Shown: positions 1 through 10,744, numbered from the stretch's first letter. The stretch: DNA of 64,000 bases from Phycisphaerae bacterium (GCA_963675745.2 CAXXWX010000003.1:160001-224000); one strand, 5' to 3'. The notes: generated from the sequence alone by a model not told the origin. Translations and numbers: made by a program.

Positions 1-276
1 ACGGGCAAAGACGTGGATTTCGAGGTCAGCAAGACCGAGACCTCTCCGTTCGCCTGCCCGGAAACCGGTGAACGGTGCGTGTTTCCGTGGTATTTTGACA
101 AGAGCAACGGCAAGCGTTTTGTGCCGCCGCCTGTAAAGCGCGCGGACGGTTCGTGGGGGATGCCGACCATTCCCATCAACCCAAACACGGGCGCGACAGG
201 GAGCATGTGGATGCCACCGCTCCACCAGGACCAACACAAAGGCGACGAACCCCTCCCCGCGTGGCCGCCGAAGTAG
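1..276 (+). CDS. hypothetical protein, C-terminal part (cut by window edge)
   Basis: Frame is open from base 1 to TAG at 276; contains CPETG...C motif; no recognisable family. Confidence 0.55.
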   Translation, partial: TGKDVDFEVSKTETSPFACPETGERCVFPWYFDKSNGKRFVPPPVKRADGSWGMPTIPINPNTGATGSMWMPPLHQDQHKGDEPLPAWPPK

Positions 277-404
277 CGGCAGCGCGCGCAACGAGGGGAT
301 AGACACTCGAGATCGCTGTACGGGCGACGATGTGAGCCGCCCCGATTCCACGATCCCGTCGCCCCGCAACCCAACACAATCGCGAGACGCCGCTGCCGCG
401 CCCC

Positions 405-450
405 TGCCTCGTTGCCTTGCTGCCTCGCTGCCTCGTTGCCTTGTTACCTT
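405..450. repeat. octamer tandem repeat (TGCCTYGY) x5
   Basis: tgcctcgt tgccttgc tgcctcgc tgcctcgt tgccttgt at 405-444, between two convergent genes. Confidence 0.8.
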
Positions 451-457
451 CCCCCCC

Positions 458-1102
458 CTACAACCTCGTCAGGAACCGCGTCAGCGCCACGATATGCGCC
501 CGCAGCGCCTTCAGGCCTCGATGACAGAGCATGTGGACCGCCGCTTCGCTCTTGTCGAGTTTCTCGGCTATCTGCCTGACCGAGTATGACTCGAGGAACC
601 GCAGGCGGACCACTTCGCGCTGGTCGTCGCACAGGCGCGCCAGGCTGGACATGACCGCCGCGATCGCTTCGTCGCGGGCCAGCCGGCGGCTGGGTGATGT
701 GTCCGGCGCCGTGAGGTGGCCGACCAGGCCGGGATATGACGTGCGCGGATCGACGCGCAGCCGGGCTTCGCGGCCGACATCGCGCTTGTGCCGCCGCAGC
801 TTACGCTGCGCATCGCTGAGTTGGTTCAGCGCAATGCGCTCCAGCCACTTGTAGAAACCGCCGGGCGAATCAAAACGCGCGTCGGCGACGGCCTTGACGG
901 CCGAGATGTAGGCCTGCTGAAGCACGTCATCCGGGTCGAGACGATGGTGCAAAGCCTGGTCCACGGCCGCGGTCAGCCGTATGCGCAACGGACGGTGATA
1001 TTCCACGATCAACCGCTGAAGGGCATCCTGATCGCCGTCGCCGAGCCGTTCAACGTCGGCCTGGCGCTGCTGCTCGTCCATTCGTTGGCGAATCGCTGAC
1101 AC
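458..1102 (-). CDS. ECF-type RNA polymerase sigma-70 factor (planctomycete type)
   Basis: Region 2 (LDPDDVLQQAY...FYKWLERIA), linker TSPSRRL, region 4 (LCDDQREVVRLRFLESYSVRQIAEKLDKSEAAVHMLCHRGL). Confidence 0.92.
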   Translation of the reverse strand: MSAIRQRMDEQQRQADVERLGDGDQDALQRLIVEYHRPLRIRLTAAVDQALHHRLDPDDVLQQAYISAVKAVADARFDSPGGFYKWLERIALNQLSDAQRKLRRHKRDVGREARLRVDPRTSYPGLVGHLTAPDTSPSRRLARDEAIAAVMSSLARLCDDQREVVRLRFLESYSVRQIAEKLDKSEAAVHMLCHRGLKALRAHIVALTRFLTRL

Positions 1103-1133
1103 CGGAGTGCGCTCCTGCGTGGAAAGACGTGAG

Positions 1134-1353
1134 CAGTTCTCAGTTCTCAGTTCTCAGTTCTCAGTTCTCAGTTTTCAGTTCTCAGTTCTCAGTTCTCAGT
1201 TTGCAGTTTGCAGTTTGCAGTTTGCAGTCTTGGGATTCGGCGCTCAGATATCCCACGGCCGCAACGACTCCTCCCACCACCAACACTATCTACACCAACC
1301 ACGAAACGCCAAACCCTGAAAACTGAAAACTGAACACTGAAAACTGAAAACTG
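1134..1353. repeat. inverted pair of heptamer tandem arrays: (CAGTTCT/CAGTTTG) x14 and (AAAACTG-like) x6
   Basis: 14 units at 1134-1231 and 6 reverse-complement units at 1312-1353, separated by ~80 bp. Confidence 0.9.
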
Positions 1354-1628
1354 GTTGCAACGGGGCGAACCTTGCGGTCCGCCCCACAGCCCCGGGCCGT
1401 TGCGCCGAACATTGCTCTGCTCCTACGAACGACGTTTGGCGGCGTGTCTAACGCGCACTCGTGAGACTATTCCGACGGCCCCTACCGATCCGTGCCGGCG
1501 CGGCATAAACCCGGGCCTGTCACTTGGCAGTATGCAACGCCGTTATGAGCCGTGCTTGTCCCGCCGTTGCACAGCACGGCTCACAGAGCCGTGGCACGCC
1601 GGATCGTCTGCCGGATTGCGCTGGCGGC

Positions 1629-3543
1629 TTACTCACCCATCCACTTGTGAGCCGCCTCGACCAGTTCGGCCGGATAGCCTTCCAGTTCCAGAATGCGCAA
1701 CGCGTTTCGCGTGAGCGCCGGCCCGTCGTGCAGCGAGTAGTCAAACACCAGCTCCGCGCTCTCGAGATTCTCGCGAAAGTGGTGGTTGCGCGCGGAGTTT
1801 CCGTCGGCGAGTTTGGTCAGATGTGGATCGTGAGTTGCGAGCAGAAACAGGTTGTCCGAGCCGAGCAGGTGCTGCACGACCGCCACGCTGGCCGCCGTCT
1901 GGTCGTGCGAATTCGTTCCGCGGAACGGCTCGTCGATCAAACCCAGTATCGGTCGCGCCCCCGCCGGCGGCAACACCATACGCCGCAGGTGCCGGACCTC
2001 GGCCAGGAAGTAGCTTTCGCCGTCGGCGAGATTGTCGCGCGCGCGCAGGTCGGTGATCAGGCGCAGCGGCGACCAGCGCATCTCGTCAGCCGTGGCCACG
2101 CACCCGATTTGCGCCAGGAGCACGTTGATTCCCACCATCCGCAGAAACGTGCTCTTACCGGCCATGTTCGAGCCGGTAATCACCCAGAGACGCTCTGTCG
2201 GCGAAAGTGCGGCGGTGTTTGGAACGACGCGCTCGGGCGACACGAGCGGGTGGCGGCCGGCGGTGACCCTCAGCTCGGTTGCGTCAACCGGCACGGGATA
2301 GCACCTGACGGGTTGTTCGGCGGCGAAGGCGCCCAGGCAACACAGCGCGTCCAGCTCGGCCAGGGCCGACAAGGCGGCCAGCAATTGCTCGCGATGCGGA
2401 CTGGCGCAGGTCGAGGATGGCCTGGGCAATGTGTACGTCGGCAAGCGTCACCAGATTGACCAGCTCCCACAAGCCGCCACCCGGGTCCGCCCAGGCAACT
2501 CGCCGGCGCAACCTTGGCAATACGTCGGGCGCCGCGACGGCGGCACAACGCTCGCGCAGCGCGGCGAGTCGGCCGGCGTCGGGCAGATCGTCGGCGGCCT
2601 GCCACGCGGCCACCAGGAACGCGCGCGCCGGCCAGCCGATGCCCTCCCAATCACTCTTGCACTCGACGACCCGCGCGCGTCCATAGCGCAGCATCAGGAA
2701 ATTGACGAACAGCAACAGGATGCCCCAGACCGCCCAGCGCAAGTCGCCGACCGCGAGCCGAGCGATCACAAACGCAGTGAACATGGTGCTCAAGAGCGAC
2801 CACGCTTTCATCACCGCCGGCGGCAGCAGCAGTTTCAGCGGCTTGGCCTTGTCGACAGCGGTGATCAGCTTGGACAAACGCCGATCTTCGCCGCGCAGCG
2901 CCGCAAGTGCCGCCATCAGGCGCAGCCGGTGTTCGTCGTGCTCCGCCAACCACCTGACCATCTGCTGGCGCGCCAGGATGTGCTCGGCATCGAGAGCGGG
3001 CCGCACGAGCGTGTCGCGCAGCCGTCGCGCGCCGAGCGCCGAAGATGTGCGATTCAACAAGCCGAAGATGCCGACGGGCGCGGCGAAGATGTCCAGATCA
3101 TCCTGCTCTTGCGCGGACAGCGGCCAGGTCTCCCCTTCCGGGAAAACGGCTGGAAGGACCGAATCCTCGTCCGCGTTGTCGGCGGGACGGTGCCAATCGC
3201 GGACGCATGTCACGGCGCCGCCGGCGCGTTGCAGAGACTCATCGACGGCCAGCAGCAGTCGATCGCCCATCTCGCGCTGCATCTGAGCGTGGTGGTGTTT
3301 CCTGACTGCAAGGATGAATAGCCCGGCCGAGGCCAGGATCACCGCCACCGTAAAATACGGCTGAGTCGTCATGACCAGCAGCGAGGCCAGGGCCAGCACA
3401 AACAGCGCCAGACGCGTCCACGACCAGCCGGACTCGCGCGCGGCCCACAAGTTGCGCTGCCGCTGATACTGACGCCGTAGTCCATCCAGCGCAGTGGCCG
3501 GGCGTTCGGGTGTAGTGCCTGATGTCTGTGCGGTCTCGGTCAA
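1629..3543 (-). pseudogene. membrane-anchored MutS domain V (ATPase) family protein, frameshifted near 2410
   Basis: ORF 2284-3543 gives the N-terminal TM part (DLDIF...GLLNRTSSALG). ORF 1629-2444 gives Walker A GSNMAGKST, ESYFLAEV, Walker B LIDEPFRGTN and ATHD. Removing one base at 2409-2410 joins them. Could be a sequencing error. Confidence 0.8.
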
Positions 3544-3614
3544 CCGTCATCGCCCCTGTCGCGGCCGCCGTGAAATCCGTAGCGGCCACCCCCCGAGTCG
3601 GCCGTTGTCGCAAC

Positions 3615-5012
3615 TCAAATCTCGACGCGCATCTCGCGCTGTACCGTGCGTACCTGCTGGAAACCGAGCGCCCGCGTTTTCTCCGCGAGCGCTTCGCTCT
3701 GATCAGGCTCGCCATGCACCAGGAACAATTGCTTGGTGTCACGCGCGCGTGGCTTGAGCATGCCGATGAGCTCGGCCTGGTCGGCATGGCCGCTGAATCC
3801 GTGAATCTGCACAACCTCGGCCCGCACCGTATAGCTCTCATGAAACAGGTTGATCCGATCGGCGCCGTCAGCCAACCTCCGCCCCAACGTGTGGCCGGCC
3901 TGAAACCCCGGGATCAAGATGGTGTTCTTCGCCTTGCGGATGTTGTTCTTGATGTGGTGGCGGATGCGGCCGAATTCGCACATGCCGCTCGCCGAGATGA
4001 TCACACACGGCCGACGACGGCGATTCAACGACTTGCTTTCTTCCACATCGCGAATGTACGTGCAGCAGTCGCCCCCCAGGATGTCACTGGTGACACTCTG
4101 GAAAGCGCGCGCCTCGGCGTCGTAGCACTCAGGGTGCAGCCGAAACACCTCGGTGGCGTTCACGGCCAGCGGGCTGTCGACGAACACGGGAATACGCGGG
4201 ATGGCGCCGGCCACCATCTGCTGATGCAGGAAATACACAATCGTCTGGGTGCGTCCGACGGAGAACGCCGGGATGATTATCTTCCCGCCGCGCTTGACCG
4301 TGCGGTTAACCACCGCCGTCATCGCCTCCATGGCGTCGTCGACGGTCTCGTGGAGCCGGCCGCCGTAGGTGCTTTCGCACAGGATTACATCCACGGGCGG
4401 AATCGGCTTGGGGTCGCGGAGAATGGGCTTTTCCGGACGCCCCATGTCGCCGGTGTAGAACAACCCGGGGGCGTGGCCGTTACGCTTGGCAAACTCGACC
4501 TGGACGCTGGCCGAGCCCAGCATGTGCCCCGCTTCCTGAAAGCGGGCGATCATCCCCGGCACCACCTCGAACCAGCGGCTATACGGCACGGAGTGCATCA
4601 GCTTGACGGCCGCGACGGCGTCTTTGTAGTTGTAAAGCTCGTCGATCGGTTCGAGGCCTTTGCGCTTCCGCTTCTTGTTGACGTACTTGACATCCTCCTC
4701 CTGAATGTGGGCGGAGTCGGCCAACATGATCGCACACAGGTCGCGCGTCGCCGGTGTCGCGTAAATCGTCCCCTCGAACCCGTCGCGGACAAGACGCGGC
4801 AGCCGGCCGGAGTGGTCAATGTGTGCGTGTGACAGCACCACCGCGGCAATATCCTTGGGCGGCACGGGCCACGCACGGTTCTTCTGTTCCGTTTCCGCGC
4901 GCCGACCGTGGTACAGTCCACAATCAAGCGCCACCCACTTATCATCGATGCGCAGCATGTGCATCGACCCGGTCACCTCACCGGCGGCACCGTGGAATAC
5001 AAGTTCAGGCAT
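3615..5012 (-). CDS. MBL-fold metallo-hydrolase, beta-CASP RNase (YSH1-like)
   Basis: GAAGEVTGS, LSHAHIDHSGRLP, AGHMLGS, ESTYG, SASGMCE, FSGHAD, LVHGE motifs. Confidence 0.93.
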   Translation of the reverse strand: MPELVFHGAAGEVTGSMHMLRIDDKWVALDCGLYHGRRAETEQKNRAWPVPPKDIAAVVLSHAHIDHSGRLPRLVRDGFEGTIYATPATRDLCAIMLADSAHIQEEDVKYVNKKRKRKGLEPIDELYNYKDAVAAVKLMHSVPYSRWFEVVPGMIARFQEAGHMLGSASVQVEFAKRNGHAPGLFYTGDMGRPEKPILRDPKPIPPVDVILCESTYGGRLHETVDDAMEAMTAVVNRTVKRGGKIIIPAFSVGRTQTIVYFLHQQMVAGAIPRIPVFVDSPLAVNATEVFRLHPECYDAEARAFQSVTSDILGGDCCTYIRDVEESKSLNRRRRPCVIISASGMCEFGRIRHHIKNNIRKAKNTILIPGFQAGHTLGRRLADGADRINLFHESYTVRAEVVQIHGFSGHADQAELIGMLKPRARDTKQLFLVHGEPDQSEALAEKTRALGFQQVRTVQREMRVEI

Positions 5013-5258
5013 GTCGGGATCTCCACAAGGCTGTGAAGCCGATGATCCTACGCGGATGGACGCCGCATCGCAATGAAACCGCGAAACGGCGTGATGTGGT
5101 TGAAAGGCGCCGGCGGCATCGTGGAGAGGCGCATTGAACCTGGAGCGCGAGCGCTCGGCGGGTGTAAAACGTGATTGAGTATGCCTATACCCCTCACGCG
5201 GTTCGAACCGCGCGCAAACGGTCGAACGGTACTTGCATTGGTGGTGACCTGTGTCGTG

Positions 5259-6284
5259 CTACTCCCAGGCGGCTCCGTCGGGAAGCTCCGGATTCGGATT
5301 GACCGTCCCGGGGAAACCATAAAGCAGCACGCGATTGGCGTACTTCAGCTCTTTCGATGTGACCGGCTCCGCGTGCCCATCAAAGAACGCCGTGTTCGTA
5401 CGACCGTCCATACGGCCATCGCGCGCCTTGGAGCAGGCGCTGCGGTGCGCGGTGTCATCATTATTACCGTACACGGCGTACGCCTTGAGTTTCGCGAAGT
5501 GGGGCGCGAAGCACGGGAACGTGCGGCCCGACCAACGATACTGATATGGGCCTTCCTGCTGCAAACCCGGGGCAAACGAATTGCCGTCATACGGTCGATA
5601 CCACGCATCCGCAATCATCCACTCGCGTGATGGCGACGCGACCTTTGTCACCGGCAAAGGCGGATGTTTCTTCTCAAGCGCGAGCAGGTCGGGGTTGGTG
5701 CTGCTGTATGAGCTGAATCCGAAGTAGTACGGCGGATTAGTAACGCGGACCTGGTCTGTGGGGCCGGCCTGGTCACCTTCGGCACCGATGTTGTTGATCA
5801 CGTAGTGCGTCGGTTGGACGCCGTTGCCAACCTGGGCAGCCGCGATAAAGTGCGAATCCGGCGTGATCTTGAGCATCGAGGGGCAAGTGCTGACGCGGTC
5901 AGTCATGCTGCCGGCTGCACTCGTGCTGTCGTTGAACGATGACCGCAGTTTAAATGTCAGGAATCGGTTTTGCCACCAGATGGCTTGGTCGTATGTGCGC
6001 TGGGGGAATGGGTCCGGCGGGTTCATGAGGGCGTCCAGCCCGGTGTTACGGTACAACGCCGGGTGTAGCCCGCCGGGTAGGCGTTCCTCCCAGTCGTTGG
6101 TGTAGATCAACACGCCCTGGCCGATGGTGCGCAGATTGCTTAGACACACCATGGCTTTGGCCTGCTCGCGAGCACGGCCGAGCGACGGCAGAAGGATCGA
6201 TATCAGCAGCGCTATAATCGCTACGACGACGAGCAGCTCGATCAGGGTAAACGCTGCTTTGGTGTTCTGCTGAGCGTGTCGCAT
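5259..6284 (-). CDS. prepilin-type N-terminal cleavage/methylation protein, DUF1559-like, with H-X9-DG-type motif
   Basis: [33 protein letters not shown]-terminal [19 protein letters not shown] before ATG at 6284. Confidence 0.9.
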   Translation of the reverse strand: MRHAQQNTKAAFTLIELLVVVAIIALLISILLPSLGRAREQAKAMVCLSNLRTIGQGVLIYTNDWEERLPGGLHPALYRNTGLDALMNPPDPFPQRTYDQAIWWQNRFLTFKLRSSFNDSTSAAGSMTDRVSTCPSMLKITPDSHFIAAAQVGNGVQPTHYVINNIGAEGDQAGPTDQVRVTNPPYYFGFSSYSSTNPDLLALEKKHPPLPVTKVASPSREWMIADAWYRPYDGNSFAPGLQQEGPYQYRWSGRTFPCFAPHFAKLKAYAVYGNNDDTAHRSACSKARDGRMDGRTNTAFFDGHAEPVTSKELKYANRVLLYGFPGTVNPNPELPDGAAWE

Positions 6285-6460
6285 CGTTCGTTTCACCTCA
6301 CGTGAAGACATCCGTGCCCGGCACAGGATTCCCAATGAACAGGTACAAATCGTGCAACGCACCGCCACCTACAATGCACATCGGTTAGGCTGCGGTTCGA
6401 GCCTCACAGGAAGCGCACCTATTAAATACGAAACTGAACATAATTAGAATATACCCCATT

Positions 6461-8671
6461 TCAGTGCGGGCTGCAATGATAATTTGCGGGTTCGTCCGGC
6501 TCGCTGGACCGCCCGCAGCCGGGCACGACCAGCGGCGGCAAACCGCTCTCGCCAAGCCGCCTCGGGCCGGTGGGCGGAACCAGCGAATACGCCCCGGGAT
6601 CCCGCTGAAGCTGGCGTGCCGCCAGGCAGAGACAGTCAAGACTGGCCACTGGCAGCGGGAGCCCGGGATTGACCCGGCAACCCAGCCTATGCCAGCGTGA
6701 CACGCGGCTGGCGTCACTCCCGGTGCCCACCAGACGCTCAAACCGCACGCCCGTGTCCGACAGACTGGCCACCGTACGCGTTTCGCCGGGACCGGGCATG
6801 ACCAGCAGGCCACCACGCAGCCGCGCGGCGTCCGCCAGCACGACCGCGTGGTCAAACGCGAAGCGCAGTGCGCGCGTCTGACGCGCCAGAAAACGCGTTT
6901 CCCGGGTGTTCGGTGCGGCCTCCAGGGCCGATGCGAGCTGATTCTCCAGGCTGGTGACCGCGCTTTCGTCACAGCCACGCAGCAGGGAGTTGCGGCGGTC
7001 GATCCGCGCCGCATATTCAGCGGCGCCAACGCGACCGGCGCACGGTCCAGGGCAAACGTGCTCCTGATACCGCCGGCATGTCCTGCCCGGGCCAGCGCTT
7101 GGCAACAGCGGTAGGTGCTCCGTGAACGACTCCTCCGGGCAGGCGGCCAGCCCAAAGCACGCGGCCGCGGCTTCGCTGATGTCCGCCGCCAGCCGGCGAC
7201 TGCGATACGGCCCAAAGACACTGCCATGCGTCGACGGCACGCGGCAGACGTCCAGTTGCCCATGCGGCTTGCCGTTCTCGGCCAGGTAGCAATAGCCCGC
7301 CCAGCGACGCATCTGCCGGTTGAAAGGCGGCCTGTGTACGCGAATCAGCTCAGCCTCTATCAGCAGCGTTTCCAATGCGCTATCGGCGGGCCGCAGCTCG
7401 ATCGACCCAATGTCGCGGCCCCAACCGCTGAAGAAGTTGGCGCCGCTCTTGCCACGAACATGTGCGCGAACGCGGGTCCGGACATGCCCCGATTGTCCGA
7501 CATACAACAAACGACCACCATTGTCGTAAAGCGCGTACACGCCGCGAATGTCCGGCAGAGCGCCGAGCTGTTCGGCTGTCACACGCGTCGGTGCTTTTGG
7601 CGGTGCCTGGAGAACATCGAAGACGGAGATCGCGTCTGTCGGCGCGCGGATCACTCGCCGCGGTACAAACTCGATGGCCTGGGTCAATATCGTGCACAGA
7701 ACGTCAGGGCGACGCGCCCGCACCCGCGCGGTTAATCTCAACCCGCGCAGTACGGCGCGCGTCGTGTTGCCGGTCAGACGAATCTGCGCGACCGCCCTAT
7801 CCGGCAGACCCGTGACGATCTCGTCGATGCGCGAGACAAGCGCGCCGGGTGACAGCCCCGTGACGTCAATCGGCCAAACAGACATCGGACGGACCGGGTG
7901 TTCCACAAATTCGTAAGCGAGCCCGTCTCGGCCGGCTTCGATTATCACGGCGCCCTTGGGCTCCGACAGCTCGGCAAATGAAATCCGCTCCGGCGAGCCG
8001 GCATACACTATCGGGGGACCGTCCGGAGTCGCTGGTGACAGAGTCTGCTGACGGTGAATGTGGCCGGCGGCGACATAGTCGAATTCAGCCGGAATCGCCG
8101 AACGCTCGACGACATCATCACCGCTGCGGAAGCGATAGCCGGCCGGACCACAAACCGACGATTCAAAGGTCTCGTGTACCGCCAGCAAACGAAGGTCGGC
8201 CTCGGCACTGGGCCACTCGGTGGCGGCCAGCGCGTCGGCGAATCGCTTGTCAGCGGCGTTGCGCAGAGATGGAAATCCGGCAACCGCCACCCGCATGCCG
8301 TTCAACGCGAAACGGATGGTCTGTGGATGGGAGAGGATGTGGATGTTCCGGTGGGCCAGGAGCAAGGTCGCGGGAATCCGGCTGCGCTCATGGTTGCCGG
8401 GGACGATGACCACGGGGATCCCCCCCGCCGCCAACTTGAGCAACGATTCAGCCCCCGCTGCCAGCGCCCGGCTGCTTGGATCGGGCGAATTGAACAGATC
8501 GCCGGCGTGGATCACCAGATCACACGACCGTTGATGGGCCAGCCGCAGCACACGTTCGAAGCCGTTCACGAAATCATCGCCACGCCGCGGGCCGCCATTC
8601 CGTGGGCGCGCCGGCAACTGCGCCCCGATGTGCGAGTCGGCGGTGTGCAGGATGCGTATCCGCGCGGCCAT
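6461..8671 (-). CDS. SbcD/Mre11-like metallophosphoesterase fused to UvrC-like GIY-YIG nuclease domain
   Basis: LHTADSHIG, HAGDLF, PGNHE, DYVAAGHIH, YAGSPERISFAE in the N-half; RGVYALYD...LLYVGQS...RVRAH, E...I..HRPPFN and CPGPC in the C-half. Confidence 0.85.
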   Translation of the reverse strand: MAARIRILHTADSHIGAQLPARPRNGGPRRGDDFVNGFERVLRLAHQRSCDLVIHAGDLFNSPDPSSRALAAGAESLLKLAAGGIPVVIVPGNHERSRIPATLLLAHRNIHILSHPQTIRFALNGMRVAVAGFPSLRNAADKRFADALAATEWPSAEADLRLLAVHETFESSVCGPAGYRFRSGDDVVERSAIPAEFDYVAAGHIHRQQTLSPATPDGPPIVYAGSPERISFAELSEPKGAVIIEAGRDGLAYEFVEHPVRPMSVWPIDVTGLSPGALVSRIDEIVTGLPDRAVAQIRLTGNTTRAVLRGLRLTARVRARRPDVLCTILTQAIEFVPRRVIRAPTDAISVFDVLQAPPKAPTRVTAEQLGALPDIRGVYALYDNGGRLLYVGQSGHVRTRVRAHVRGKSGANFFSGWGRDIGSIELRPADSALETLLIEAELIRVHRPPFNRQMRRWAGYCYLAENGKPHGQLDVCRVPSTHGSVFGPYRSRRLAADISEAAAACFGLAACPEESFTEHLPLLPSAGPGRTCRRYQEHVCPGPCAGRVGAAEYAARIDRRNSLLRGCDESAVTSLENQLASALEAAPNTRETRFLARQTRALRFAFDHAVVLADAARLRGGLLVMPGPGETRTVASLSDTGVRFERLVGTGSDASRVSRWHRLGCRVNPGLPLPVASLDCLCLAARQLQRDPGAYSLVPPTGPRRLGESGLPPLVVPGCGRSSEPDEPANYHCSPH

Positions 8672-9005
8672 GTGCCTTACTTCGACGGTCTCCGATATTT
8701 TCGGGTTTTGTTCGGAACAAGCCAGCTTAGGTTGATGCGGGCACGGCGTCAAGGCGCGTGTCTCAACACATGATGTACGCGTCGCCCCGCTCCATGCCGA
8801 CTCGGCACACGCGCGCTGCCCGGTGGGGCACTTTGGGGTTGGCTGTCAATCGCGATTCGCTGCCGGTGCCACCCGATATGGCCGGCGTGACCCACTACCC
8901 ACTTTGTGGATGGGGGCCGGCAAGACTTGGCGCCACCTTTGGTTTGCGATTAGACTCCCGCGATTGATAGCCAAACGCACCGCAGCCTTTACGGGAGACC
9001 AAGAC

Positions 9006-9224
9006 ATGCTGAACTCATCTCGCATTATGCGTATCAAACTGGCACTGTTGACAGCCGCCGCGCTGTCCGGCAGCACGCTGTTTGCGTCTTGCGGCCTCAC
9101 GGATATTCGCAAGAACATCGTCGAGGGGTCGTTGGATTTCGTCGAGTTTTACACAGAGGCGATTCTCACCGGCGCGGCTCCGACTCCGCCCGACGTATTC
9201 CCCGAGGACTGGCCCAAGGACTAA
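9006..9224 (+). CDS. small exported/lipoprotein-like hypothetical protein
   Basis: RBS GGGAGA, hydrophobic N-terminus ending LFASC, stop at 9224. Confidence 0.55.
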   Translation: MLNSSRIMRIKLALLTAAALSGSTLFASCGLTDIRKNIVEGSLDFVEFYTEAILTGAAPTPPDVFPEDWPKD

Positions 9225-9491
9225 CACGCCAATCGCAACCAGCGCCGCGAGCAGTTGTAGAGGTTCGGTGACCGAATCGTCGTATGCGGGCCCGTACACC
9301 TGTCTGACGCGGATCGCTGCGCGTACATGTAACAGCCGCCAACGCCCTGAGCTGCGGCCGGGCATCGGCGGCTGTTGCGTGTTCACGCAGTGCCGGTCAC
9401 CGTCCCCCCCCCTGCCGGCACCATACTTACAAACTCGCGCTTCGCCACCGGAGGCGTTTCGATTGTCGAATGGCCCGAGTATCATCCGCCC

Positions 9492-10502
9492 ATGCCGCGC
9501 GGCTCCCAGCACGATTCGGATTTTGACGCGACGCGTATGACTGTCGGCGAACACCTCGACGAGCTGCGCGGCTGCGTCGTGCGCAGTCTGGTCGCGCTGA
9601 TTGTGGCCTGCGTTCTGCTGATCTGGCCCGCCAAGTACATCCTCGAACTGACCGTGCGCCCCGTCGTGCTGGCCTTGCGCCGGCACGGGCAGCCGGAAAA
9701 CCTGCTGCAAACCAGTCCGACCGAACTGATGGTGATCTACCTCAAGGTGATCCTCATCTCGGGCATGGTCGTCGCCTCACCCTACATACTCCACCAATTC
9801 TGGAGTTTCGTTGGCAGCGGGCTCTACCCACGCGAGAAAAACTGGATAAAGCGCCTGCTGCCGTTCAGTGTCGGGCTGTTTCTGGTCGGCGTGGCCTTCA
9901 TGTACTCGCTCGTCCTGCTGGTCAGCCTTAATTTCCTGGTGGGCTTCAGCGGGTGGATCGGGCTGCCGGAGCCGCATCCCGGCGTGATCGAGCGCGCTCT
10001 GCTGCGCACGCCGGCCATCGAGGTCCCCGCTGATCAGCCAGAAGTAGGTGACGCGCCACAAATACCCCTGCTCGCTGACGATCCAACCGCCCCGCCGATC
10101 GGGCGGGTGTGGTTCAATTACACCGAGCACAAGCTCAAGCTGCGCCTGCCCGATCAGACCTATTCGGTCCCGCTGGTGGCCGATGAAAAACGCCCGATCG
10201 TCACGACGTTCTTCAAGATCGGCGATTACCTGACATTCGTGTTGACCATGACGATCGCCTTCGGCGTGGCGTTCCAAATGCCGCTGGTCGTGATGGCCGT
10301 GGTCCGCATCGGCCTGGTCTCGATCCAGACATTGCGCAAGTCACGCCGATACGTGCTCTTTGTCATCCTCATCGTGGCCGGCATTCTGGCACCGCCCGAG
10401 ATTATCAGCCACCTCCTGTTAGCCGGGCCGATGATCATCCTGTTTGAGACGGGCCTTTTGCTTGCAGGCCGGCACGCGGCCCGCGCCAAACCCGCCAAAT
10501 AG
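9492..10502 (+). CDS. tatC: twin-arginine translocase subunit TatC
   Basis: MTVGEHLDELR, SPTE, QFWSFVGSGLYPREK, FGVAFQMP, AGILAPP motifs; long loop insertion. Confidence 0.92.
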   Translation: MPRGSQHDSDFDATRMTVGEHLDELRGCVVRSLVALIVACVLLIWPAKYILELTVRPVVLALRRHGQPENLLQTSPTELMVIYLKVILISGMVVASPYILHQFWSFVGSGLYPREKNWIKRLLPFSVGLFLVGVAFMYSLVLLVSLNFLVGFSGWIGLPEPHPGVIERALLRTPAIEVPADQPEVGDAPQIPLLADDPTAPPIGRVWFNYTEHKLKLRLPDQTYSVPLVADEKRPIVTTFFKIGDYLTFVLTMTIAFGVAFQMPLVVMAVVRIGLVSIQTLRKSRRYVLFVILIVAGILAPPEIISHLLLAGPMIILFETGLLLAGRHAARAKPAK

Positions 10503-10563
10503 GAGCGCCCGGGCCGTTCGGTCACCGCGCGACAAGTCGGCTGGCGACAGTCATGTTCCAGGC

Positions 10564-10592
10564 TTGACGCACTCCTCGAATTGGCCTAGTTT
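10564..10592 (+). promoter_or_regulatory. sigma70-like promoter for the tRNA pair
   Basis: TTGACG-17 bp-TAGTTT upstream of tRNA-Phe. Confidence 0.55.
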
Positions 10593-10646
10593 ACATGGCT
10601 TGCGGGGCCGGCGCCTGGTGGCGGCTTTGCAAGCCGAGCTGTCTCA

Positions 10647-10719
10647 GGTGGGGTAGCTCAGTTGGTAGAGCAACGGATTGAAAATCCGTGTGTCGGCGGT
10701 TCAAATCCGCCCCTCACCA
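10647..10719 (+). tRNA. tRNA-Phe (GAA)
   Basis: Acceptor GGTGGGG/CCTCACC, D-arm TAGCTCAGTTGGTAGAGC, anticodon arm ACGGA-TTGAAAA-TCCGT, T-loop GGTTCAAATCC. Confidence 0.96.
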
Positions 10720-10744
10720 CTTGGCGTGACAACCTGGACGCGAT

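Noticed and set aside
1134..1353. Possible CRISPR array; also 65-70 aa ORFs reading SSQFSVL
   Set aside because: Units are 7 bp with no unique spacers and no cas genes; the ORFs are just translations of the repeat.
5259..6284. Type II secretion or type IV pilus operon
   Set aside because: The prepilin-like genes are solitary DUF1559-type; no ATPase, secretin or platform genes are in the window.
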